64,000 nucleotides of DNA, taken from a bacterium (lineage in GTDB: Bacteria; UBA8248). The notes beneath the pieces were generated by a model, which ran no database searches, was not told the origin of the DNA, and saw only the letters and a program-made list of their open reading frames with translations. The stretch spans positions 2,854,777 through 2,918,776 of the forward strand of contig CBDBEV010000001.1 of the NCBI GenBank assembly GCA_965204535.1, read 5' to 3'. How positions within the stretch are numbered: position 1 is the stretch's first letter; every line of letters begins with the position of its first letter. Positions 1 to 8,470 of this stretch are shown one piece after another. A program made the translations under genes and the position numbers.

Positions 1-1
1 G

Positions 2-694
2 ACCATCACCCCCATCGCGACGCTGGACGTGGACCACATCTGCAACTTCGGCTTCACCACCACCACGCAGAGCTACACGCACTACGACGCGCCCTATCAC
101 TTTTTCCACGACGGGCTGAAGAACGACGAGTTGCCGCTCGATCACGTATGCGGCGACGCCTGCGTGCTCAAGGTGCCGGGCAAGGGCAATTCCGAGTCCG
201 TGACGGCCGAGGACCTGGAAGCCACGGGCGTCGAAGTGCGCCCCGGCGACATCGCCATCGTCAGCACGGAGTGGACCGACCGCATGTGGGGCTCGCGCGA
301 TTTCTGGGAGCACATGGTCTATCTCTCGACCGACGCGGCCGACTGGCTCATCGACAAGGGCATCAAGGCGCTCGTCCAGGATTTCATGACGTGCGACTCG
401 CCGCTCCATCCCCCCGAGGAGCGCAAGTGGCCGGCGCCGAACTGGAGCCCCAACCACATCAAGTTCCTGGAGCGCGGGATATGCCTCATCGAGTGGTGCA
501 CGAACATGGGCGCCATCCGCAAAGAGCGCGTCCTGCTGGTGACGGGCGCGGTGAAGCTCAAGGACACCGAGGGCGCGCCCGCGCGCGTCATCGCGGTCGA
601 GTTCTGGGACGAGGAGCCGCCCCGCGACGGCGCTCCTCCCCCCCTGCCGCCCCTCGAGAATCCCTATACGGATCGCGGCTCCTGGGCCGAATAA
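2..694 (+). CDS. Putative cyclase-family protein (kynurenine-formamidase-like fold); 5' end cut by the window edge
   Basis: The frame is open from base 2. The 'THYDAPYHF' metal-motif region sits too close to the N-terminus for a complete protein. GC3 bias is strong. It is a paralogue of the product of 5273-5902. Confidence 0.7.
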   Translation, partial: TITPIATLDVDHICNFGFTTTTQSYTHYDAPYHFFHDGLKNDELPLDHVCGDACVLKVPGKGNSESVTAEDLEATGVEVRPGDIAIVSTEWTDRMWGSRDFWEHMVYLSTDAADWLIDKGIKALVQDFMTCDSPLHPPEERKWPAPNWSPNHIKFLERGICLIEWCTNMGAIRKERVLLVTGAVKLKDTEGAPARVIAVEFWDEEPPRDGAPPPLPPLENPYTDRGSWAE

Positions 695-704
695 GGCGCG
701 CGAT

Positions 705-2087
705 ATGGTGGATCAAAGCCTGCGCGGCTTCCTGGAGATGGTGGAGCGAGACCACCCCGAAGAACTCGTGCGCATCGCAGAACCCGTCGGGAGGGAGGAC
801 ATCACGCCCACGGTGTTCGAGTTCGAGCGCGCGGGCAGATACCCCGTCATCATCTTCGAGCGCGTGGAGGGCTTCGAGGGTTCGGTCGTCACCAACATCG
901 CGGGCAACCGGAACCTCCTGGCGGCGTGTCTCGACGTGGCGCCGGGCGATCTGCCGACGGCCTACAAGGACCGCTGCCAGAATTACCTGCCCGTGGAGGT
1001 GGTCGAGGACGCCCCCTGGCGCGAAGTCGTCATCGAAGAAGACGAGGTGGATCTCAACAAGCTGCCCATCCCCTTCCATTTTCCCGTGGATGCGGCCCCC
1101 TACATCACGGCGGGCCAGATCGTGGCGCGAGACCCCGAGACGGGCGTGGACACGACGGGCTTCCATCGACTGCAGCTCAAGGGAAAGAACAGGTTGGGCG
1201 TCTCCCTGCATTCGCGTCGGCGGATGTACCATTTTCACAAAAAGGCCGAAGACGCCGGCGAGCCCCTGCCGGCGGCGGTCGTCATCGGGGTTCACCCCGT
1301 CCACTACATGGGTTCGATGGCCTATCACTACCCGCCGGGAGTGCGGAAGTACGAGATCATCGGCGCCCTGTTCGGCGAGTCGTATCGCGTCGCCCGGTGC
1401 GGCACGGCGGACCTGGAAGCGCCCGAGGGGGCGGAGATCGTGCTCGAAGGAGAGATTCTGAACGAGGTGCGCGAGGAGGAGGGCCCCTTCGGCGAGTTCA
1501 CCGGCTATGCGTCCTACCGCAGCACGCAGAACGTGTTCGTCGTCAAGCGCGTGCAGATGAGGGGCGACGCCATGCTCCACAGCGTGGCCTCGGGCATGTC
1601 GGCCGATCACATTCTCATCTCATGCGTGAGCCGCGAGGCCGAGATCCTGAACACGCTCAGGCGCAACCTGCCGGGCGTCACCGCCGTGCACGTGCCCTCG
1701 AACACGGCGGGCGCGCTTCTGGCCATCGTCCAGATGAAAAAGACGGCAGAGGGCCAGCCGCAACAGGCCATCATGGCGGCGCTCGGAACCGAGTTTTACT
1801 GCAAGTGCGTGGTCGTGGTCGATGAGGACGTGGACATCTTCAATCTCTCCGACGTTGCCTGGGCGGTCATCACGAGGACGCGCGCGGATAAGGACATCAA
1901 CTTCATCCACGGGGCGATGGGCGCCATCCTGGACCCGACTTCGGACCCCGAGACGCACACCCTCACGAAGGTGGGGGTCGACGCCACCAAACCCGCCGGG
2001 CGCGACTTTGCGGAACGGCTGCATATTCCAGACGAGCAGCGCGAGCGCGTGCGCGGGATTCTCGCGAGCGCGGGCATCCACCTTTAG
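705..2087 (+). CDS. UbiD-family (prFMN-dependent) decarboxylase
   Basis: The 460-aa product carries UbiD-type signatures ('GPFGEFTGYASY', 'ITAGQIVARDPETG'). It starts 11 bp after the upstream stop. Confidence 0.9.
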   Translation: MVDQSLRGFLEMVERDHPEELVRIAEPVGREDITPTVFEFERAGRYPVIIFERVEGFEGSVVTNIAGNRNLLAACLDVAPGDLPTAYKDRCQNYLPVEVVEDAPWREVVIEEDEVDLNKLPIPFHFPVDAAPYITAGQIVARDPETGVDTTGFHRLQLKGKNRLGVSLHSRRRMYHFHKKAEDAGEPLPAAVVIGVHPVHYMGSMAYHYPPGVRKYEIIGALFGESYRVARCGTADLEAPEGAEIVLEGEILNEVREEEGPFGEFTGYASYRSTQNVFVVKRVQMRGDAMLHSVASGMSADHILISCVSREAEILNTLRRNLPGVTAVHVPSNTAGALLAIVQMKKTAEGQPQQAIMAALGTEFYCKCVVVVDEDVDIFNLSDVAWAVITRTRADKDINFIHGAMGAILDPTSDPETHTLTKVGVDATKPAGRDFAERLHIPDEQRERVRGILASAGIHL

Positions 2088-2095
2088 GCCTTGAT

Positions 2096-3058
2096 GTGGC
2101 GGATAGAAAAGTAAAACTGGGCGTGCTTCTCCCCACGCGCGGGGTGCTGCTCTGGAACACAGGTGTCCCGGAGGTGGGATCCGTCATCGACCTGGCCGTG
2201 CGTGCGGAGGAACTCGGCTACGATTCCGTGTTCGTGGGGGATTCCGTTCTCGCCAAACCGAGACTCGAGGCGCTCAGCGTGCTCTCCGCCGTGGCGGTGA
2301 GAACCGAGCGCGTGAAGCTCGGCACCGCCGTCTTTCTGCCCTGCCTCAGAGACCCCGTATTCCTCGCCTATCAGGTCGCGACGCTCGACGTCATCTCGGG
2401 CGGGCGCGTGATTCTCGGCGTCGGCATCGGTCCGCCGAAGCCCCAGGAGTGCGTGCATGAGTTCGAGACCTTGGGCGTGCCGTTCAGAAAGCGCATGTTC
2501 TACATGCAGGAGCACATGACGCTCATGCGCAGGCTCTGGACGGAGGAGGACGTGACCTTTGAGGGCAGGTATTACCAGGTGGAAAACGTCACCTTGGCGC
2601 ACAAGCCCATCCAGAAGACCGTGCCCATGTGGGTAGCCTCAGCCACAGTGGACACCGCGTGGCAGAGGGTGGCCAGATTTGGGGACGGCTGGTTCCCCAA
2701 CCGCGTGACGCCCGAGGAGTTCCGCGACACCTGGGGGAAAATCGTCCGCTTGGCCTCTGAGAACGGGCGCGACCCCGGCACGCCCGCGTGGTACATGACC
2801 ACCTGCATCGACGACGACAAGGAATCCGCCATGAAAAACGGCGAGGAATTTTTGCTCGATTACTACTACACCCCGTTCTGGGGCGATTCCATCGAGAAAT
2901 GGGGCACGTACGGCCCCGCGGAAGACCTGATAGAGCGCATCAACGCCTTCATCGAGGCAGGGGCTGCGCATATCTCCCTGCGCTTCACCCACCGGGATCA
3001 GATGGGCCAGTTGGAGCGATTCACAGAGGAGGTGCTCCCGCACCTGAATCTGGAGTAA
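2096..3058 (+). CDS. LLM-class (luciferase-like, probably F420/flavin-dependent) oxidoreductase
   Basis: 320 aa with 'LGVLLPTRG...GYDSVFVGDSVLAKPRLEAL' typical of luciferase-like monooxygenases. GTG start 9 bp after the UbiD stop. Confidence 0.85.
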   Translation: MADRKVKLGVLLPTRGVLLWNTGVPEVGSVIDLAVRAEELGYDSVFVGDSVLAKPRLEALSVLSAVAVRTERVKLGTAVFLPCLRDPVFLAYQVATLDVISGGRVILGVGIGPPKPQECVHEFETLGVPFRKRMFYMQEHMTLMRRLWTEEDVTFEGRYYQVENVTLAHKPIQKTVPMWVASATVDTAWQRVARFGDGWFPNRVTPEEFRDTWGKIVRLASENGRDPGTPAWYMTTCIDDDKESAMKNGEEFLLDYYYTPFWGDSIEKWGTYGPAEDLIERINAFIEAGAAHISLRFTHRDQMGQLERFTEEVLPHLNLE

Positions 3059-3195
3059 GAAGGTTTTTCGCCGATCTTTGTCGTCTATCCTGCTCCGGAA
3101 AAAATTCAGGGGCAGTCAATTCCGGGTGAACACAAGGGTTTGCCAATACATGAGAGGGTAATGGCAACCCCCTTGAAAGCGAAATCCCATAACAT

Positions 3196-3220
3196 CACCC
3201 CCCCCTACCCCCCCCTTAAC
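3196..3220. repeat. Left part of a C8-TA-C8-TTAAC palindrome arm that the IS interrupts
   Basis: CACCCCCCCCTACCCCCCCCTTAAC. Joined to 4738-4746 (AGGGGGGTA), it is the exact reverse complement of 4793-4826. Confidence 0.75.
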
Positions 3221-4732
3221 GGGGCTGTTGAAAAACCCCTGGTTTTGTGATCGTATGGATGTATCCCCCCTCGCCCGAGATGGGAGATTCCCCGATGTTG
3301 GACCGCAAGAGGCGCGGGCAGATGGAATTGTTCGTGGCCGGTTCGCTGGAGCAGTTGATTCCCGAAGATTACATATTGTTCCGGGTGAACCGCGTACTGG
3401 ATTTGAGTTGGCTTCGCGAGGAGGTGGCGGAGTGCTATTGCGCGGACAACGGTCGACCGGGGATCGACCCGGAAGTGGTGGTGCGGTTGATGCTGGCGGG
3501 TCTTCTGCTGGGCCACGTTCACGACCGGCATCTGCTTCGCGAGGCGCAGGTGAACCTGGCGATCCGGTGGTTCATCGGTTACGAGCTGCACGAGGAGTTG
3601 CCGGATCATTCGAGCCTGACGCGGATTCGCCAGCGGTGGGGGGAGGCGCGGTTCAAGGAGATATTGCGCCGCACGGTTCAGGCGTGCCTGGAGGCGCAGG
3701 TGGCGAAGGGGGAAGTGGTTCACATGGACGCGTCTTTGATACGTGCGGACGTGAGTTGGGAGAGTCTGGCGGCGCGCCACGCGGAGAAGGTGGTGCGGGA
3801 GAACGACTCGGCGGATGAGGCGGGGAAGAAGGGCGGGGGTTCGGGGCCTGTGAGCCGAACGGACCCCGACGCGCGCCTGGCGCGCAAGAGCGCTCGGGCG
3901 GGGTTCGAGCCGAGCTACAAGCACCACGCGGTGGTGGACGACGAGCGTGGCGTTGTCCTCGACGTAGAGGTGACGGCGGGGACGTTGAACGAGCGGGAGA
4001 TGATGGAGCCGCAGTTGGATGCGGTTTGCGAGCTCACGGGTCGCGCGCCCGCGGTGGTGACGGCGGATAGTGGTTATGCGTATTCGAAGGTGTATGCGGG
4101 ATTGGAGCGGCGTGGCGTCGCCGCGGTGATACCGGCGAAGAAGGAGCCTTCCCAGAGCCGTGTTCCGCTGCAGTTGTTCCGCTACGACGAGCGGCGCAAG
4201 GTGGTGAAGTGTCCGGGCGGCAAGACGCTGCGCCCCCGGAAGGAAACGGAGCGGGGGCGCTACTATGGTTCGAGGACGCGCGATTGCGCGGGCTGCGCGC
4301 TGAGGTCGGATTGTCTTCCCAAGTCGCACACGAGCAGGACGGTGCTGATTCCGCATGAATATCCGGCGCTGTTGCGCGCGCGCCGCCGCCACGCGCGCCG
4401 GGGGGAGGAGGAGGGCCGGCTGTGGCGCCGCCACATGGGGCGCTCGGAGGGCTACCACGGCGAAGCGAAGAGTCGGCACGGACTGGGGCGGGCGGTGCGC
4501 CGGGGCCTTGCGAACATGAGGATCCAGGCCTACCTGACGGCGACTGCGGTGAACCTCAAGCGGCTGGCCGCCGCTTTTGCGGCGGGTATATTCGCTCTGT
4601 GGAGGGCCTGGGCCGCCCGGAGACGCCGAATGCGCGCATATCGCGGCCTCACGCGCCGATTGGGCTTCCTCTCCGCCGCCGCGTGAGCCGCCATTCAGCC
4701 CGCTCCCGAAACAGGGTTTTTCAACAGGCCCC
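3221..4732 (+). mobile_element. Intact IS5/IS1182-like insertion sequence with about 21-bp terminal inverted repeats and a TTAAC target duplication
   Basis: IRL is GGGGCTGTTGAAAAACCCCTG at 3221. IRR is CAGGGTTTTTCAACAGGCCCC, ending at 4732. TTAAC is present at 3216-3220 and again at 4733-4737. A single DDE transposase ORF lies inside. Confidence 0.85.
3295..4686 (+). CDS. DDE transposase, IS5/IS1182 (IS4-like) family
   Basis: N-terminal 'ELFVAGSLEQLIPEDYILFRVNRVLDLSWLREEV...GRPGIDPEVVVRLMLAGLLLG' plus a C-terminal Cys-rich, Arg-rich tail are typical of IS1182/IS5 transposases. The start is set at ATG 3295; the open frame extends back to GTG 3247. Confidence 0.85.
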   Translation: MLDRKRRGQMELFVAGSLEQLIPEDYILFRVNRVLDLSWLREEVAECYCADNGRPGIDPEVVVRLMLAGLLLGHVHDRHLLREAQVNLAIRWFIGYELHEELPDHSSLTRIRQRWGEARFKEILRRTVQACLEAQVAKGEVVHMDASLIRADVSWESLAARHAEKVVRENDSADEAGKKGGGSGPVSRTDPDARLARKSARAGFEPSYKHHAVVDDERGVVLDVEVTAGTLNEREMMEPQLDAVCELTGRAPAVVTADSGYAYSKVYAGLERRGVAAVIPAKKEPSQSRVPLQLFRYDERRKVVKCPGGKTLRPRKETERGRYYGSRTRDCAGCALRSDCLPKSHTSRTVLIPHEYPALLRARRRHARRGEEEGRLWRRHMGRSEGYHGEAKSRHGLGRAVRRGLANMRIQAYLTATAVNLKRLAAAFAAGIFALWRAWAARRRRMRAYRGLTRRLGFLSAAA

Positions 4733-4827
4733 TTAACAGGGGGGTATAAAAAGGCAACACCCGCCGCCGATGGAGGAGCTTTTGTTTTTTCTTACCCCCC
4801 TGTTAAGGGGGGGGTAGGGGGGGGTGG
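4733..4827. repeat. Remainder of the perfect palindrome hit by the IS: end of arm 1, about 46-bp spacer, and the G-tract arm 2
   Basis: TTAACAGGGGGGTA...TACCCCCCTGTTAAGGGGGGGGTAGGGGGGGGTGG. The G8-TA-G8 run could in principle form a G-quadruplex. Confidence 0.75.
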
Positions 4828-4918
4828 TTTCGAAGAGGGAGGTCGGGGGTTCGCGCGAAAGCGGCCTTCCCGCTAAAGGTAATGTCCCCCAACGAGGACT
4901 TTTTCAACAGCCCCTTTG

Positions 4919-5110
4919 CGGGTTGTTGAAAAGGCCTGTTTCGAGACTGGGCGGATACTTGGGTCCACCCCCGAGCGTCGTTTTGGTCGTAAGCCTGATG
5001 TAGGGGCCGCATATATGCGGCCCATGACGGGCGGCGAAAAAAGGCCGGGACGCATATATGCGTCCCCTACAGACCAAACCTGACCGAAGGGGGCTTTTTC
5101 AACAATCCCC
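4919..5110. mobile_element. MITE-like element (copy A) with IS-like terminal repeats, carrying a REP hairpin pair
   Basis: Ends are CGGGTTGTTGAAAAGGCC and GGCTTTTTCAACAATCCCC, which resemble the IS terminal repeats. CTTTG lies on both flanks (4914-4918 and 5111-5115). No ORF inside. Confidence 0.65.
5000..5070. repeat. REP-like palindrome pair
   Basis: GTAGGGGCCGCATATATGCGGCCC...GGGACGCATATATGCGTCCCCTAC. The same unit recurs at 12915, 36918, 61083 and 62274. Confidence 0.75.
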
Positions 5111-5272
5111 CTTTGAGGGAGGGGGAGTCATTTCATAAGCGTATGTCGATTGCGAATTCTGTTTTTGGGGGATTTTTCAAAGCTCCCGGAAGAGGGGGGT
5201 GTTCTGCGCCCAGGCGGACTCTAGGCGTGAGCCGGTCCGCGCCAGAAATGGGAAGCCGGATTCGAGAAGGGC

Positions 5273-5902
5273 CTAGAGCGGCCTCAAAACCGCGCGGGCG
5301 GGCGCGCCGTCGCGCCCCGGGAACAGGGCGGGCAGGGCGATGAGTTCGTAATCCCCCTCGGGCGCATCGCTCAGGTTCAGCCCTTCGAGCAGCACGACGC
5401 CCAGCGGCATCAGCAGCGAGTGGACGGGCACGTTGGGGTCGGGCGCGTCCACGCCGAGATAGTCCACGCCCAGCAGTTCCATCCCGTGGTCGTAGAGAAG
5501 CTGCCCGGCTTCTGCCGTCATGTGGCAGTAGTCGGGGCTGTAGGGTTTCGTCCACCACTGATCTTCCGAGTTCCGCGTCTTGATCAAGAAGCGCGTGGCG
5601 CCTTCGAGGTTCTTGGTCGCCAGTTCTTCCGCCGTGATGCACTCGTGGTTTTCGACCGCTATCACCCGGGCGGGACCCATGAGAGTCTCGAGGTTCAGCG
5701 TCTCGATGCCGCCCGCATCGTGCAGGTAGTGCATGGGCGCGTCGAGATGCGTGCCGGCGTGCACGCCGAATGTGACTTCGGTGAGGCAGACGTCGTCGCC
5801 TGCGTCAAAGGATTTGTGAAAGCGCATCGAAAGCCCGGGATTTCCGGGGTAGATGGGCATTTCGCCTTCCACTACGGGGACGGATATGTCGATGATGGCC
5901 AT
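5273..5902 (-). CDS. Putative cyclase-family protein (kynurenine-formamidase-like)
   Basis: 209 aa with 'GVHAGTHLDAPMHY' (HxGTHxDxPxH motif). Confidence 0.85.
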   Translation of the reverse strand: MAIIDISVPVVEGEMPIYPGNPGLSMRFHKSFDAGDDVCLTEVTFGVHAGTHLDAPMHYLHDAGGIETLNLETLMGPARVIAVENHECITAEELATKNLEGATRFLIKTRNSEDQWWTKPYSPDYCHMTAEAGQLLYDHGMELLGVDYLGVDAPDPNVPVHSLLMPLGVVLLEGLNLSDAPEGDYELIALPALFPGRDGAPARAVLRPL

Positions 5903-6312
5903 GGCTCTCCTCCGGCGGGATGGGGTGGGACAGGCGGGAGCAGATTACCAGAAAGCGGCGGCAGGTGTCCAAACGGGGGATTTCGAGAGGAGAGGACAAA
6001 GGGGAGGGTAACGAACGGAAAACGAGGTCCTTTTGAATCGTATAAAGATAGTTGATTGTGTGTGGTAATCTTATACGTGCGAAGCAGACGTATCCTGGAG
6101 AAATTCTTGACGAAGCGAAAACGGGAAGGAAGACGCGATGGGCACCCATCCTGTGAAAAACCGGCGCAAGGATAAACAGGCGAGCGAAACGGAAGAAACC
6201 GCCGAGGATGCGATTGATTTCGAGATAGCGGCGAAACGATGGCGCGATCTCAAGGAAGGCCGCGACTCGCTCGTTACGGATGAAGGACGGGTGGTCGTAT
6301 CTTGGTTCTTCC

Positions 6313-6576
6313 CTACATCGCCGTAGGTCTTGGCGGCGGCCATTCATCAGGGGCCAGGAGTTTGCCGAATCCATAGTCCATGGATTTCTCGATTCTATCG
6401 AATCCATCATCCATCTTTTTATCGATGGTCTCGAATCGGTCGTCGACGTTTTTGAGATTCTGATTCATTTCATATCGCATCTCATTCATTGATTCCTGGG
6501 CGCCTGCAATCGTTTCCCGCATTTCATCAAGCGATTCCTGAATGCCGGCGAAGGCTTGCCTCGTTTCATCGTCCAT
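6313..6576 (-). CDS. Hypothetical small Met/Asp/Glu-rich, probably coiled-coil, protein
   Basis: The ORF lies in an AT-richer pocket. An AGGGGA Shine-Dalgarno sits about 7 nt before ATG 6576. There is no recognisable domain. The mirror-frame ORF on the plus strand is shorter. Confidence 0.4.
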   Translation of the reverse strand: MDDETRQAFAGIQESLDEMRETIAGAQESMNEMRYEMNQNLKNVDDRFETIDKKMDDGFDRIEKSMDYGFGKLLAPDEWPPPRPTAM

Positions 6577-6789
6577 GGACATTCCCCTGATAAGTGTATC
6601 AGCGGCGGGCGTGATAGCCAGACGCCTGCCATGGTCGCTCTGCACTTGGGCGGTGAAGATATATTCCACTGGCAATCAGGGTGATGTCAAATGGTATCGC
6701 CGTATGTTCGCCTCTATTGCCCATTTTTTTTCGGAAGACGAACCGGACGGCGATCACTCAAGCGCAGTCCAAGGGCGCTCGGTAAACCC

Positions 6790-7890
6790 CTACTCGTGCA
6801 CGACCACGCTGCGGGCCACCTCGCCGTTCAGGAGCGCATCGTACGCCTCGTTGATCTGCTCGATGGGCCACTCCTTGGTGAGCAGGTCGTCGAGGTTGAG
6901 CTTTCCGGCCATGTAGAGGTCGATGAGCCGGGGCACGAAGATGCGCGGGTTGGAGGAGCCGTAGAGGGAGCCGATGAGGCGCTTTTCCTCCGTCACCAGG
7001 GAGACGGGGGGTATCGAGACCCTCGATTTCACGTCCGCGATGCCCACGATGACCGCCGTGCCGCCCGTGCGCACGCTCTCGAACGCGGTGGACATCACTT
7101 CGGGCACGCCGATGAGTTCGAAGGCGTAGTGCGCGCCCTTGCCGTCGGTGAGCGCGCGGATGGCCTCCACCGCGTCCTCATCGGAGGAGTTCACCGTGTG
7201 CGTCGCGCCGAATTTTTTCGCCATATCGAGCTTGTTCTGCATCAGGTCGACCGCGATGATGGGCTCCGCCCCGATCAAGGCCGCCCCCTGCACCGCGTTC
7301 AGCCCCACGCCGCCCGCACCGAACACGGCCACGCTCTCGCCCGGACGCACCTGCGCGCCGTTTACCACCGCGCCCACGCCCGTGATGACGGCGCAGCTCA
7401 CCACCGCCGCTTTTTCGAGCGACATGTCTTCCCGAATCTTCATGACCGATTTCTCGGACATCACCGAATGGGAACTGAACGTGGAGACGCCCAGGAAGTG
7501 GTGCACCCTCTCGCCGTTGATGGAAAAGCGCGTCGTTCCGTCCGAGAGCGTGCCGTCGGCGCGCATGCGGATGCCCTCGCCGCAGATGGCGGGCCGGCCC
7601 GCGAGGCAGAGTTCGCACGCGCCGCAGCTGTAGCGCCAGACGGTGACCACGTGGTCGCCCGGCTTCACCGACGTCACGCCGGGTCCCACCTCTTCCACGA
7701 CGCCAGCACCCTCGTGGCCCATGATGATGGGCGTGGGGACCGGGAACAGGCCCACCATGGCGTGGTGGTCGCTGTGGCAGACGCCGCCCGCGCGGTAGTG
7801 CACGAGCACCTCGCCTTCTTTGGGCGGTTCCACCTCGATGGGTTCGATGGTCATCGGTTTGCCGACTTCGTGGAAGATGGCTGCTTTCAT
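6790..7890 (-). CDS. Zn-dependent alcohol dehydrogenase (MDR superfamily)
   Basis: 'GVCHSDHH', '[12 protein letters not shown]' and '[12 protein letters not shown]' Zn-binding motifs, plus a GxGxxG Rossmann motif 'VFGAGGVGL'. Confidence 0.9.
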   Translation of the reverse strand: MKAAIFHEVGKPMTIEPIEVEPPKEGEVLVHYRAGGVCHSDHHAMVGLFPVPTPIIMGHEGAGVVEEVGPGVTSVKPGDHVVTVWRYSCGACELCLAGRPAICGEGIRMRADGTLSDGTTRFSINGERVHHFLGVSTFSSHSVMSEKSVMKIREDMSLEKAAVVSCAVITGVGAVVNGAQVRPGESVAVFGAGGVGLNAVQGAALIGAEPIIAVDLMQNKLDMAKKFGATHTVNSSDEDAVEAIRALTDGKGAHYAFELIGVPEVMSTAFESVRTGGTAVIVGIADVKSRVSIPPVSLVTEEKRLIGSLYGSSNPRIFVPRLIDLYMAGKLNLDDLLTKEWPIEQINEAYDALLNGEVARSVVVHE

Positions 7891-8049
7891 GGGGTGCTCC
7901 TCGGTCGATGGGGATGCGCGAGGCTCATTGAACCCGGCGATATCGAGTGGGTTTTCGTATTTTTACCCGAAAAAGGCGCGAATTGCACACGCCGGGTTCC
8001 CTTCGGGCGTTGCAAGTCGGGGCGCATCCGTATATGCTCTTTGGAGGAA

Positions 8050-8140
8050 GTCCCTGCTAGGGGTGTATGTACTGAGAGCCTGGAATCGCGGGCAACCCTT
8101 GGAACCTGCACTGGGTAATTCCAGCGAAGGGAAGCGGGCC
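8050..8140 (+). promoter_or_regulatory. TPP (THI-box) riboswitch aptamer upstream of thiS
   Basis: CTAGGGGTG...ACTGAGA...ACCCTTGGAACCTGCACTGGGTAATTCCAGCGAAGGGAAGC matches the conserved THI-box core (CUGAGA, ACCCUU-GAACCUG, GGUAAU-CCAGCG-AGGGAA). Boundaries are approximate. Confidence 0.8.
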
Positions 8141-8160
8141 GAAGAATCCGGGTGTTTCTG

Positions 8161-8190
8161 GCCGCTCCCGAATCGCGGGGCGGCTTTTTT
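8161..8190 (+). terminator. Probable riboswitch attenuator: GC hairpin followed by a T6 run
   Basis: GCCGCTCCCGAATCGCGGGGCGGCTTTTTT lies directly between the aptamer and the thiS start at 8192. Confidence 0.6.
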
Positions 8191-8191
8191 G

Positions 8192-8419
8192 ATGGGAAGT
8201 TTCCGGGGAGATCAATTCTTGCGTGTCCGCGTGAACGGAGAGGACAGGGAACTGGAAGAGGGTGTGAGCGTCGCCGCTCTTCTCGATTCGATGTCGCTCG
8301 AAGTGAACGGCATCGCCGTGGCGCTCAACATGGAGATCGTCCGCCGGGGCGAATACGGGGACACGCATTTATCCGATGGGGATGAGGTCGAGATCGTCCG
8401 CGCCGTGGGCGGGGGCTGA
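8192..8419 (+). CDS. thiS: Thiamine biosynthesis sulfur-carrier protein ThiS
   Basis: 75 aa ending in GG, with the ubiquitin-like ThiS pattern 'VNGE...VALN.EIV.R......L.DGDEVEIV'. It sits downstream of the TPP riboswitch. Confidence 0.85.
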   Translation: MGSFRGDQFLRVRVNGEDRELEEGVSVAALLDSMSLEVNGIAVALNMEIVRRGEYGDTHLSDGDEVEIVRAVGGG

Positions 8420-8470
8420 GCATACGTGAAAACGGGCGCGGCCACCGAGCCTGCGCCGGGAGGGGGTGTG

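Noticed and set aside
588-1610. Long antisense or alternate-frame ORFs throughout the window. Examples: 148-1461, 588-1610, 3205-4479, 6691-8118, 10886-12595, 28093-30225, 47224-49113, 55425-57092, 57092-59116 and 59374-61215.
   Set aside because: Their products are Arg/Ala/Gly/Pro-rich and low in complexity. They lie exactly opposite, or out of frame with, genes that have clear family signatures. They are typical shadow ORFs of GC-rich DNA.
6280-6492. A 70-aa plus-strand ORF in the AT-rich pocket.
   Set aside because: It is the mirror frame of the longer minus-strand ORF (6313-6576), which has a better ribosome-binding site. Its product is an implausible Ile/Phe/His-rich peptide. The separate 6138-6326 ORF was kept only as a remark in a finding, not as a feature.
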